DNA of 64,000 nt from Azolla caroliniana (lineage: Eukaryota; Plantae; Polypodiophyta): NCBI GenBank assembly GCA_043228905.1, contig JBHGNT010000003.1, positions 19,096,001 through 19,160,000 on the forward strand. Reading direction: 5' to 3'. Made by a program: the position numbers and the translations under genes. A model generated the notes under the pieces. It was not told the origin of the DNA, searched no databases, and saw only the letters and a list, made by a program, of their open reading frames with translations. Positions 50,313 through 63,269 of this stretch are shown here, in pieces; positions within the stretch are counted from its first letter, which is position 1; each line of letters starts with the position of its first letter.

Positions 50313-52900
50313 ATTGCCTCCTTAAGAACATCATTTGATTTTTTTCAATGTCATTCCATGCATTAAGAGAGATGGTGCCACCCCATACTTCTACTCCATA
50401 AAGCAATACTCGAGTTACCATTGCATTGAACAACATTAGTTTTACTTCCCATCCATAAGTATCACTTTGGCTACATTGGTTCTCCGAAACATAATACGAT
50501 TTCCAACCATCTTGAAGTCTAGAATCAAAGCATGCATTCCATTTATTTGTGGTGGGTACATCAATACCAAGATATTTAAATCTTTGAACAAATTATATAT
50601 GATGAGGTTGGTTGGTTTGCACTGCCATCATTTTTGTTTTCTCCACATTCACTGCTAGTCCACTACTATGGCAAAATTCCCTCTCCCTACATAAGATAGG
50701 GTAGATGTTATCCGTGGGACGATAAGACCAAGGTGTGAAAAGGATTGTAAAAGTAAAAGGTGAAAGGGGACGAGTAGGTCAAGATAAAGAAGCCGAGAAC
50801 TAGCAGCCAAGGGGAAAAGTAACCGAAATACAAGCAACCGGAAACATAGGCCGAGGATCAAGATAGAGTAGTTGGAACACCCCGATAAAGGAAAGAGTTA
50901 TATAAGGCGTGAAGAAGACAGAAAAAGGGGACAAGGAGATATCTAATTCTAACCAAAGTGACTAAAGCTAGAAAATCTAGATCTGTATATGAGAGAGTGA
51001 GTGATACTGACCTTACTCGGTTTTGTACTACCTTGATCCAATCTATTCAGTAATCAATTACTTATACGTTTTGGGTCAACCTCTGTACCTATCTCATTTT
51101 AAATTGCATTTCCAATTGTGCTATCTGTTCTGTAAATCGTGACTATAGATTGGTTATAGCCGATCCTCGGAGTTTCCAACCCAAAAGGGTGTAACGTTTC
51201 GGCCCTACCTTAGTCTCTTACGCGACCACAATTCCTTGACCCCATTACTCATGAGGAGTAATCAAAGACGTTCCCCAGGAAGGGAGTAACACAATTTGAC
51301 ATGTCCAGTTAATGCCGTGAAGTCACAGCGAACAACGCGTAGGAGAAACCCTTGTCGCCATAACAGTGCCCACCCAAGGCACACGTTTTCAGCTACCATC
51401 CCAACGAGTTGAACCACCCTAAGGCATCTCCGACTCCATGCTCACACAACAATCGGCACCATAACAATCACCATCCCCCCAATCCCCGTTGTCGACACCC
51501 GACTCTCAGTCGACTGTGGGCTCCGATCCCGTTTTGATATGAGCATGCATTTGTATATAATAGTTTAGTATTCTATAGTCTAGGAGATAGTACATTTTAG
51601 AATCAGAATATTCTAGTCAGTAGTATATTCTAGAAATATTGTATGACATATTCTACATGAGTATATTCTAGAGATATTTCTCGAGTATATTCTAGAGATA
51701 TTCAATCTCGGAACATGTATAAATACTTGTAACCTCCTTGGTCCCTTCAAGGGATTCAACACCAGTCATTGACACATCAATCTAGTATTCTCATTTCGCC
51801 CCATCTTGTCTCCTTGATCTTTATCTCTATCTTCATGATCTTGTGTCATTCCTAGCTTCTTAAGTTCCACGTGCTTAGCCCCATCATCCATGCTCCCTCA
51901 TAATCCATGGTTGGTGTGTCCATGACAGATTGATTCCCTTCCAACTGGAATCACCACCCGTCCTGGTCATCGTCTTTGCTTCTAAAGTTACCATCATCAC
52001 CATCCTTGCTTCCGCAGTTACCATCATCATCGTCCTTGCTACCGTTTGTGCTGTGTTTTGGGTCAACCTCAACTATTTACCCTCTCATAATAGAAGAAGT
52101 CGAGTCGACCGCTACACTTGCACTCCTTCACCCATTCGTGTTCCAGTTCCCGGTGAAGGACTGCATGGTCCCTCACTCCCATTCGTGTTCTAGTTTTCGA
52201 TGAGTACCACATGGTTGTTCATTCCCGTTCATGTTCTAGTTCTCGGTGAGACCTCATGGTCGCTCACATCGTTAGTATTCCACTTCCCGGTGAGGGCCGC
52301 ATGGTCGCTCACTCCCGTTCGTGTTCTGCATCTCGATGAGGACCGCAAGGTCGCTCAGATCGTTCGTGTTCCAGTTCCTGGTGAGAAATGCATGATCACT
52401 CACTCCCGTTCTTGTTCCATTTTTCGGTGAGGACAATATGGTCGCTCACTCCCTTTCGTGTTCCAATTCTCAGTGAGGAATGCATGTTCGCTCACGTTAC
52501 GATTCCCAGTGAGGGCCACACATGGTCGTTCATGCCCATTCTTGTTCCAGTTCTTAGAGAGGACCGCACATGGTAACTCATGTTCTGATTCCCAGTGAGG
52601 GCCACACATGGTTGCTCACGCCCGCTAGTGTTCAATTTCTCAGTGAGGACCACATGGTCGATCACTCTCGTTCGTGTTCCAACTCCTGGTGAGGACCGCA
52701 TGGTCGCTCACTCCCGTTTGTGTTCCAGTTCCCGTTGAGGGCTGCATGGTCGCTCACTCCCGTTCGTGTTCCAGTTCTCTCACTCTCGTTCATGTTCCAG
52801 TTCCCGATGAAGACCGCACATGGTCGCTCACGCCCGTTCATGTTCCCGATGAGCACTGCACATGGTCGCTCACGCCCGTTTGTGTTTCCGATGAGGACTG

Positions 52901-53169
52901 TGACAAGAATACACGCTCCCGATGAACAACGCTCGGCCACAACCGAGCCTAGGATCAAACATAGAAAACGGGTAATGAATGCACGACACAGTGAAGAGAA
53001 GAGTACACAGGATGTTAACGTGGAAAACCCAAACAAGGGAAAAACCACGGCACCCGACAGACTACAAACTATCACTATATCACAATGTACAATAGTAAAG
53101 CACTGAGGCAATGACCTCGAGCTTGCTATCTTCGCCACAGGCGGCGGTTACAATAGAGGCAACGACCTC

Positions 53170-53231
<62 letters not shown>

Positions 53232-54270
53232 CACAGTTACGCACTCAAATCTTGCACCAACAAGAATGACAACTACTATTTACCACTAAGTTTGCCCTGA
53301 GTCATATTTATAATAATATGACTTTTCGGCTATTTACAAATGTAGCCCACATGGACTCTCAGAAAACATATTTACGAATATGTCCCTTCATCCGGTGAGC
53401 ACTTCTCACTGGGCCTTCACCATCCGGCTCTTGCCGGGTACTCGTCATCCGGTTCTCACCGGGTCTTCCGTTGCCTAGTACTCCACATCCGGTTCTCACC
53501 GGGTCTTCCTTTGCAGGGTACTCTGTTGGGAGACAGGTCCCTCCGGATGGGAAGGGAGAAGAACAGTACCGACGAACAAACTCGGCCGAGGCCGAAATGG
53601 TATGAGGAGTACCCGGCTACGGAGAGCCGGATGATGCAGGCCCGGTGTGAACCGGATGAGGAGTACCCAGCTACGGAGAACCGGATGGTGCAGGCCGGTA
53701 TGAACCGGAGGAAGAGACATATTCGTAAATATGTTTCTAAGAGCCCACTATGGCTATATTTGTAAATAGCCGAAAAGTCATATTAGTATAAATATGACTT
53801 AGGGCAAACTTTTAGTTGTTGTTGTGGTTATTTTTCTTGTTGGTGCAAGAAGAAGAGAGAGCACGTAACAGTGTATAGAGAGAGAGTGAGAGAAAGAGGT
53901 CGTTGCCTCTGCTGTAACCGCCGCCTGTGGCGAAGAACGTGAGTCCGAGGTCGTTGCCTCTGAGAACTCACTGCTTTGTACATTCATACATAGTGATAGT
54001 TTGCAGCCTGTGGGCTGCCGTGGTTTTTCTCCCTAGTTTGGGGTTTTCCACGTAAACCTCCTATGTACTGTGTGTGTATCTTCCTCTCCTTTGTATCGTG
54101 TTTTATTTCCCGTTTTTCTGTGTAAGTAAAGAATCTCGGTTGTGGCCGAGCGTCGGACATAAGGAACGTTGGGTTCTCGTCATACTCCACATCCAGTTTT
54201 GGCCTCGGCCGAGTTTGCTCATCAACACTGTTCTTCTCACTTCCCATCCGGAGGGACTTGTTTCCTAACA
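52901..54270 (-). mobile_element. Solo LTR of the Copia B family
   Basis: Reverse-complement similarity to 16027-16874; termini tgaca..taaca; TSD gactg/gacta; (CT)n expansion at ~53173-53226. Confidence 0.88.
53524..54182 (+). mobile_element. Second Copia B-family solo LTR nested in the opposite orientation
   Basis: tgttgggagac..ctcgtca; perfect TSD tactc. Confidence 0.92.
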
Positions 54271-55919
54271 GACTACACATGGTCGCTCAGGTCCCGATTC
54301 CTAGTGAGGGCCACACATAGTTGTTCATGCTCGTTCGTGTTCAAGTTCTCAGTGAGGACCACATGGTCGCCCACTCTCGTTCGTGTTCCAACTCCTAGTG
54401 AGGACCGCATGGTCACTCACTCCCATTCGTGTTCCAGTTCCCGTTGAGTGCCACATGGTAACTCACTCCTGTTCGTGTTCCAGTTCCTTCACTCTCGTTC
54501 ATGTTCCAATTCCAGGTGAGGACCGCATTGTCACTCACGCCCGCTCATGTTCCCAATGAGGACCACACAAGGTCACTCACGCCCGTTCGTGTTTCCGATG
54601 AGAATTGCACATGGTTGCTCATATTCTGATTCCCAATGAGGGCCACACATGGTTGCTCACACCCGCTAGTGTTCAAGTTCTCGGTGAGGACCGCATGGTC
54701 GCTCACTCTCGTTCGTGTTCCAACTCCTAGTGAGGACCGCATGGTCACTCACTCCCGTTCGTGTTCCAGTTTTCGGTGAGTACCACATGGTCGCTCATTC
54801 CCGTTCTGTTCCAGTTCCTTCACTCTCGTTCATGTTCCCGTTCCCAGTGAGGACCGCATGGTCACTCATGCCCGCTCATGTTCCCATTGAGGACCGCACA
54901 TGGTCGCTCACATCCGTTGGTGTTCGTGTTTCCAGTGAGGATAACACATGGTTTCTCATGCCCACCACTTCCATCCACCCCTACACCACGCTTTTGAAAA
55001 GGCGACTATAAAGGGGACGATAATGTCAAGACACAACGATGTCAAATACGTAGTTAGTGAGGATTGAACCTACAACCTCACAGCATGGTTGTAATCATAA
55101 AACGTAATATTCATGTTCGTGCAAGCATTCAAACGTTTGGAAACGAACACGTTTGAAATGGGAAAAATACGTGCTCCTTTTTTTATTCTTTTTTTCCCTT
55201 TATCCTCATTACAACTTAGGTTACCTTAGTGGTCAGGAACCATGCTATTGCTATTTATGTTTTGGGTTCGATTCCCAATTTTTTTATCTCTTTCATTCTC
55301 TCTCATTAGTACCATGTCATAGCAAAATTTTATGTTAGTGTTATAATAGTTTTTTCTTTTATTTTTTTATTATTAGAACTAAGCACAACCTCATGATAAG
55401 TTGTTGTGCTACTATTACTTGTGTCTTGGGTTCAATTACCACTTTTCTCATATCCTCTTGTTAGGTGTCATGGCAAATTTTTATGTTAGTGTCATGTTCC
55501 TTTTTCTTCTTTTTCTTTCTTTCTTTGTTATTGGAAATTAGCTCACCCGAGTGGTAAGTTGTTATGCTACTACTGCCTATGTCATGGCAATTTTTTTTGT
55601 TAATGTCATGCTCCTTTTTCATTCATTCATTCTTTGTTTGTTATTAGAAATTAGGTCACCCTAGTGGTAAGTTGTTATGCTACTACTGCCTATGTAATGT
55701 TTTCTTCATATTCTCGAATATACGTTTTATGAGTTTTTGAACGTTTGATTATAATTTATAATGACATATTTTGATTCAATCTCTATAGTTCATACTCATT
55801 TTTTTGTAAAGTTCTAAAGTGTGGATGATAGAGATGTCTTGATTCGCATCCCAAAAATATGCATGTGATACAATGCAAATATTGCAACCAACTATACATA
55901 TCTCCATGCAATTTTCGAT

Positions 55920-58773
55920 TATATTTCTTCTTCGAAATCATCATTAGAAGATTACATTGTTGTATCATCATAGTTGTCCACATAATCAATATCAGAAGAT
56001 GAATCAACTATGGCATTGTTAATGTCTTCATCCTCTTGATCTCCATCATCATTACCAAATTCAGTATTGCAAGCCTTAGTTGTAGTTTGTCGAGAAATTA
56101 TCCTTCTTGTACTTGCAACTCTCACACAAGCATGACTACGAACATATCCACGACCTTTTCTAATAGTGCTAGAATTTCATCCCACCAATCCTTCATCTAG
56201 GCAAACTTAGATCTACTTCGAGTAACCCGACCAATATGCATAGCCTCAACTTCTGCAAAATATGCTTGTGTAACTTGAGTATCAATATTGGTTGTTGATG
56301 GAGGCATTTCAGGAGTCTTGTCAATGTCTATCTCATCTGGATTTACATAAATCAAATAGTATTTTGGTATCATAATAACGATTCATAATATTTAAACCAC
56401 AACCAATTAACAAGGCTCGTTAATTAACACACAAAATTCAAATGGTTTTCTAAACATCAAATGTCAAACATGAATAAGAAAGATGTAAACCTGCATTGGA
56501 AGACCCACATGAGTTTGAAAGCTTCGAACAAGCCTTAAGTTTTCTCTAACATATAATAATCTCTCCACTTGTTTCACCTTCAAACAGTTCCTCCTTTTTG
56601 TATGTGCTAATGCATGTGCATTCCAATTTCTTTTTCAGCAACTCCAGAAGAGCAATCCTATGACACAAAGTATTAAGCAAACAATACATGTCATTGTACT
56701 ATGTAGAAGATTAATAAAATTGAAACATTAATAAAAAATGAAATATAATACCTAAGACAATACTCTACGAGCTAACGATTGTAGTAAGGGCTCATTGTCC
56801 CCTTATCTTTCCCACCATTTTGCAATGTGTGATTTTGATAGTTCATTGCTAAATCGGCCCACACCATTCCTATACATGGAAAATTGATCTTGCAAGATTT
56901 CACATTCATCTATAGAATATACCTTTTGAATATATGCAAGCCATCCATCTGTCATCTCTTCATTCATAATATTGGTTGATCTTTGGGCTTCCATAAAGGA
57001 TGCAAAATATGTGCAACAATATGAATTGGCTTTTTGAACCACGACCAACGACAATCAAAACATTCCAAAACCTCTTTATATCTGCATTAACATTTGAATT
57101 TGAATCAAAACTTGAAATTACTTACCAATATATGCATAACGTAGTTGATATCAATGATTCAAAAAAATGAAAAAGATGCAATTAACAACAAGTGTACATA
57201 CTACATAGTACATAGAAACATATTACATGTCCTTGTTTAATGTGTCCTCTCTCGCTCCTTGTTGCAATCTGTCTCTAGCCCTCCTCATGAACTCATAAAG
57301 TAAGCCCATTGTAGATCCTTCACAATTAGTTAGCCGCAAAACAGAAAACAATGGACGCATAATCAAAATTACAATCATAATTGAAGGCAAAGTGGAGTTA
57401 TCTTGCACAATGGACTTCACCTTGACAACATCCGGCGTTTTGGAGTCATTCCAATCCTCCCAATAGTTACTAACTATAGTTTGTTCAAGGGCTCTGCAAA
57501 CTCTCGCCAGCCTCTCAAGGACAATAAGAATGTAGCCAAATCGAGTGGCACTTGGCCTAAGGAGCACAAGAGATGAATAGTTGCTGAAAATTTTTCGTGC
57601 ATTCCTTTTCTTAGTGAATAGTCTAACCACACAATTTGCTCTCTTGTGCACTTGACGAACCCAACTCAACTTCCCAATATCCTCTAGCAATAAATCTAAA
57701 CAATGTGATGCACAAGGAGTCCATACAAGGCTTGGGAATTCAGTCTCTAGAATGTGACCCATGCTAACACAATTAGATGCATTATCCGTGACAATTTGCA
57801 CCACATTTTCTACTTTTACTTCCTTTATCGCAGTTGATAGCATTTCAACCAACCATGGACCATCAACCCTTGTAGAAACACCACTACAATCAATAGTTTT
57901 AAGGTACATTGTGCCATAACAACGTGAGACCAAAATATTCACAAGTGCTCGCTTGCTAGTGTCAATCCATCCATCTGAAAGTATGGTAACTCCATATTTT
58001 GGCCAAAGGGCTTTCACATTTTCCACTTTGAGTTGCACATTCAAATGCTCTTTCTTTAAATATTTAACTCTTAAATCATTGTAGGTAATACCACTATACT
58101 TTTCCCCAATATCAGAGAAAGCTAACAACATGTTCCTCCAACATGACATTTTCAAAATATTAAAAGATAGATTACCTTCCACAATGCATCTAACCAACAT
58201 TGTGTTTGCATGGTCTTTCTTGATCAACATAGCGGCACTTGATCCTCTCCTTATCGTGCTTTGAGTGAGACTTTTTCTTCTTGAACCTTCTGTATCTTCA
58301 ATATCAATAGGAATTTGGTCTATTGAATCCTTCTTAGATGAGGCACATATGCTATCAATTGAAGTTTGTGATTGGAACATTGAATCAACCATTGAATCCA
58401 CCATGCCTTCTTGAAGCTCAATTTGTTTTTCCATTGATTCTACTTCTTTAATGTGTTTTAGCTTCTTGCGAGTCAATTCACTTTCTTGTGCTACAGTTTC
58501 TATAGCATCTTCATATGCCTCTAGAGTTACTTGCACACACTTGTCTATACCTTCACCTTTAATTCCAGCAAGGTGAGCAACTAAACGTGTTAGTGTCCCA
58601 GACTCATGAAAACCACATAATTTGCAATCCCAATAATAGTTCCCAGATGACTTCCTAGCTTGTTTGTTCAAACAATATTTATCCCATAAGGGGGATTCCT
58701 TGCGTAGCATAGTTGATTGAGGATGACAAGCTCTAGTGACTTGAAGTTGTCTTTTATATTGTCCTAAATTCAT
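55920..58773 (-). pseudogene. Intron-containing hAT transposase (BED finger, DUF659-type DDE core, dimerization domain); probably defective
   Basis: ORF 57223-58773: WDCKLC..RLVAHL, SDGW, QIVTDNASN, WTPCASHCLDL, PSATRF. Further exons at ~56752-57081 (KWW), ~56491-56660 and ~55924-56339 are bounded by GT-AG; downstream exons show lesions. Confidence 0.88.
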
Positions 58774-59299
58774 GAATCCACAATGTTAAATATGTGAATA
58801 AGGAAATAATGTGATGTAACAATGCAAGAAGAAATTGTTTAAATGATAGGCATAAGCAAATGGCAAATCCGAATGGAAGATACTTGCCTAAGAAAATGGT
58901 ATTCCATCCCCATCAAGAGGAAAAAATTATTATTCATTAGTCTAAATGAATTATAAAAGATCACATAATCACGGAACTTTTACTTGTGATGTCGGTGTGC
59001 TCTTGTATGAAGACACTATTCTTTGATAAGTCACCACAAGCTATCAACGTCTCTATCTACCACCAACATTGTTCTATTAAAGAAGGGATAGACACAAATA
59101 AACCCAAACGATACATGTAACATGTTGTATTATACTATAGTCTATTATGCATATAAGTTGATGGAATCTGTGTTTTCATGAATTCAATAGGAAAAATTCC
59201 AAAATACTTGTTCCAAAATCCCAAGAGTGACAGTGACAATTTAGTGAGATATCATGACTAGGAAATAGATGTAAAGAGTGTCACAATTGTATGCATCAC

Positions 59300-59445
59300 A
59301 AATCATACATGCATACAATACAAGACAAACACACAAACACATGTACATACACACACACATACATACATACAATACAATACAATACAATACAATACATACA
59401 TATATGTATATATATGTACGTATATATGCATATATAATGTATGTG
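59300..59445. repeat. Compound microsatellite (CA, CATA, ATACA, TA) in the hAT 5' intron region
   Basis: Read directly from the sequence. Confidence 0.85.
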
Positions 59446-60275
59446 TTGTAAATACTCACTTCTTCTCTTCCTTTCTTTTCTGCGTGGCTAAACGAAAGCA
59501 CAAGTTAAAGAATGAGATAATGGCTGCTTGTTGTCGAGAGTTGAGCTTTAGCTCTTCCCCATCCCTCCCTCTACCCCTCTCCATTTCACATAGAAGACAT
59601 TCTCCAATGATGAGGCATTCCTCATCTCCCTCTTCTTTCTTCTCCAAATCGGGAGGCCTTTTAATGGTTGGTTATGATTGAATTAACCATCCATTAAAAG
59701 GCCAAGATTTAGCTTGATTTGATGTTTATTCCATGTCAATATGAATCATGATCAAGGATTGAAAATATATCTATTGTATATAGTCTATTTATGATCAAAA
59801 TTGCTTTCAAATTTTATGAAATTCTGGTCAAATTAGGCCAAAAATAAAACTTTGTTTTATGCTCTCTATGTGTGTAAGATCAATTAACACTAAAATTGAA
59901 AGTTCTACTTTATTGTGTTTTGTCATTGTGTGATGGTATTAGGCCTAAACAAGAAGAAACACCTCAATAGAATTTGCGCTCACTAAGAGTTAATCATGTA
60001 TAATAATATAATATAATCAAGAAGCAATATTAGTTCATACCTACGTAAAAACCTAGGTTGTTGGAAGCTTTAGAGTTCGGATTTCATGTAGACAACTTCC
60101 ATATCCTGCATAAAAACCTAGTATCTACAAAATGTAGAAAATCGTTACAAAAAACCCTAATTATTTTCTTTTTCTCTAGTAAAAAATACCCTAGAAAATT
60201 AATTTTTAAATTATTTACGAATTTAACCTTAGAAAAAATGACAGTTCCAAAAGGTTGAATACGTTTAGAATACGT

Positions 60276-61051
60276 TGTCGTGAAGAATTTCAGCCAGAGG
60301 CGGAAACCGGGAAATATTGGCTACATCGGCGGGGTGCGCCATGTGCACTCACACTCGTATAATTGTGTGAATAATAGGAGTTAAGTCGGGACGAAGAATA
60401 CCATGTAAATCAGGATTTATCCCACATTGTAACGCATCCCTCTCCTTGTTCTATAAAACGAAGGGATGGCCCCTTGTAGAAGGGTTGCCCATTTTTGCAA
60501 TCGTAGGGTATACCGTTAGAGGAAGAAACGTTCTCTCTTCCTCTTTCTCCCCCCTTGTTTACGGTTTCGTTTCTTTTCTCTTCTTCTTCCTCTTCGTTGT
60601 TCTGAGTATCGAGCCTTGGCATCTCGTGTTCCTGTTTTCCGGCCGTTCTCTGTGCAAGACCCCGCTTGGCACGACAGGCCCGAGAGCTCCCCCCCCGACT
60701 GGCGGCTTGGCAATAGACGACTGTTGTAACCTGAGCTACTTCGGTCGGGCTCGATACCAATATTGTATCTTAGTCTTGTAATATATGCATGGAGGGTTCT
60801 GCGCACCGGTGTTTGTGTGGGTGTTTTGGTGTTCTCTTACCTCTGTTTCTGTACATAAGGTCGTGAGTTGGGTCGGCGTGGTGTCTGTGTGTGGGTGTGA
60901 GTCAGTGTCAAGTGCGCGCTCTCTCTCTTTCTCTCTCCTGTTCGGTTGCTTCCGGAATGCGTCCGGAATCGTCTTCTCGGGTTCCCTTCTTCCCTCGTCC
61001 GAGACCCCCGTGGTCCCACCCTTCTACACGCACGCGTGAAACTTCGCGACA
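60276..61051 (+). mobile_element. Solo LTR with a 4-bp TSD inserted in the hAT subterminal region
   Basis: tgtcgtgaag..tcgcgaca; TSD acgt; TATAAAA at 60452; same terminal 10 bp as the Gypsy at 41449. Confidence 0.88.
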
Positions 61052-61538
61052 ACGTGTGGGTATTCTAAAATGTACTCTATCTATAAAATACGCATTTTTT
61101 AACAACAATGCCTCACAGCTACAAGATGTCATGCTCAACCATTTTGATATGAGCATGTATTTGTATATAATAGTTTAGTATTCTATAGTCTAGCATATAG
61201 TACATTTCAGAATCAGATTATTCTAGTCAATAGTATATTCTAGAAATATTGTATGACATATTATACACGAGTATATTCTAGAGATATTTCTCGAGTATAT
61301 ATTCTAGACATATTCAATCTCGAAACATGTATAAATACTTGTAACCTCTTGGTCCCTTCAAGGGATTCAACACCAGTCATTGACACATCAATCTAGTATT
61401 CTCATTTCGCCCCATCTTGTCTCCTTGATCTTTATCTCTATCTTCATGCTCTTGTGTCGTTCCTAGCTTCTTAAGTTCCACGCGCTTAGCCCCATCATCC
61501 GTGCTCCCTCGTAGTCTGTGGTTGGTGTGTCCATGACA

Positions 61539-63269
61539 CATAAGATCTTGTCGACATGGCAAGTCAACCATTTGACGCAGCGTCTAACCGCTGCCGAGGC
61601 GGACTCATCAAAAATCGCAAAATTCACATTATCTCTCGATGGACCCGCAACACGTTGGTATTCTCGGCACGACCTCGGGGAATTCGCGACGTTTCAAGAT
61701 GTCCGCCTTCATTTCCCTGAACTTTTCCACCAAGAAATACCCAAGCGAGAACTACTCCACCAGTTTTATGCAATTGCACAAGAGCCAAATGAAACGGTTT
61801 CCAGTTCACGATCTCCTTCCAGGATCTATATAGCCAGCTCGCTCAAGACGTGTCCGTGAATCATCTAAATGACACATTCCTCGCAGGGCTACCGGAGCCT
61901 TTTGGCACAACTTTAGCCTTGACCAACTTATCATAGCAAACAATCAAGGAAGTGGTTAGTTGTGTCCTCGCCTTTGACAAAACTCAAAACAATACCTCTT
62001 TTTCTATGGGTACACTCCAAAGCGCCTTACGGACACACAAAGAAGCCCAATTTTTGCAAGTGTTGCAATGCACGACATGCTTCAATTCTGGCCACTCGGC
62101 CGTGGATTACGCTTTCCAACCATACTACCCGATTTGCCACTCTCAAGGGCACACAATGGAGCAATGTGAATATAATATGCTCAACCACACAACTGCCCCG
62201 GTACGACAAATCGAACCTCACCACGATCGTCCTTGACAAGATGATCGTAATCGTTCGCTACCTCGATTTCGGGAAGCCAAGCCACCCCGGTACGAAGATT
62301 GGTATCGGCCCAAGTGGAATCGCTATCGGTTAGACAATCGGTACCGGCCAGAGGAGGATGAGTATTGGCCCATCGAAGATTGCCACCGGCCAAAGGAGGA
62401 CCGCTATCGGCCAACCAATGACTACTATCGATACGATTACGATCGTGATGATGATTATGAGACATGATACCGTTCCGACAAAAGGCAAGATCGGCGCCAC
62501 TTCCAAAATAATCACGGTCATAGACAACCAGGGAATAATCGAAGACCCCCAGACAATCGACACTGGGATGCATCGAATCTTGATCATCGTCGACCACCTC
62601 CCCACACCGAGATTCGGGATGATCACCACCCAACGCAGCGATAGGACGCGCCGCCCCGAGAAGAACCCCCTAGACCGCCGCTGCAATTTGAACATGGGGA
62701 ATCAAGCAACTCTGCTCCGGTCACGTGCTTCAATTGCAATCAACCAGGGCATTATGCGACTCAATGTACGGCCAATGATCGCGGCAAGAGCCCCCCAGTA
62801 AATATCATCACGACCGAAGTCCAACAAGTAGCGACAAGAAGCAAGGCACAAACACACACAATTGGACGTCCAAGATGAAGTCCATCAAGCCACAGAAGAA
62901 TAGATCGAGAAATCTAATAACATGAACGTCGACTGCATGAATACCAAAATGAAGGACATTGCTATCGGCGTCTCCACTTCCTCAGAACCTACTGATTTGC
63001 TGGACGAAGATCTAACATGGCAAGCACTTACCAACTGCCAGATATGAATGCCCCTAAGTAAGCTCCCTCATTTTCTTCCATGGTTCAAGGACACGGTGGT
63101 ATCCTTAACCACCGAAAAAGATCAGATGATTGTGCTCGTCCACCTTGCCGAGTCAAGTACAAGTGCCCCACTAATGGACTCCTAGAACCCCGTCGTGAAA
63201 CTCATTATCAAAGGGCATGATATACATGATTTCATTATCGACGGTGGATCTAGCGTCAATGTCATTAGT
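61539..63269 (+). pseudogene. Gypsy gag and protease fragment
   Basis: SLDGPATRWY, zinc knuckles CTTCFNSGH and CFNCNQPGHYATQC (~62725), R/D-rich linker, protease IIDGGSSVNVI (~63235). Confidence 0.8.

Larger units (their letters stand above)
55084..61110 (-). mobile_element. Full-length hAT DNA transposon
   Basis: TIRs catggttgt / acaacaatg; perfect 8-bp TSD cctcacag (55076-55083, 61111-61118); subterminal acgt-containing motifs; internal transposase. Confidence 0.93.
51531..61538 (+). mobile_element. Non-autonomous tandem-repeat LTR element (TRIM/LARD-like), same family as 48846-50312
   Basis: 5' LTR 51531-51927 (U3-truncated); ~50-bp repeat array ~52130-54960; PPT aaggggacgataa; 3' LTR 55024-55083 + 61119-61538, split by the hAT. 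Confidence 0.85.
50706..63269 (+). mobile_element. Probable outer Gypsy element: LTR 50706-51291, leader to ~51530, gag-protease resuming at 61539
   Basis: tgtta..taaca termini with TATA at ~50899 and a degenerate PBS-like tgacatgtccag. Linking it to the gag at 61539 is inferred; no TSD confirms it. Confidence 0.55.

Noticed and set aside
51490-51530. tgtcgac.. as the start of the 5' LTR
   Set aside because: It does not match the U3 of the 3' LTR (55024 onward) and has no TSD matching cataa; homology begins only at ~51531.
49010-54447. Short ORFs in the ~50-bp repeat arrays
   Set aside because: Frames shift from unit to unit; no consistent protein.
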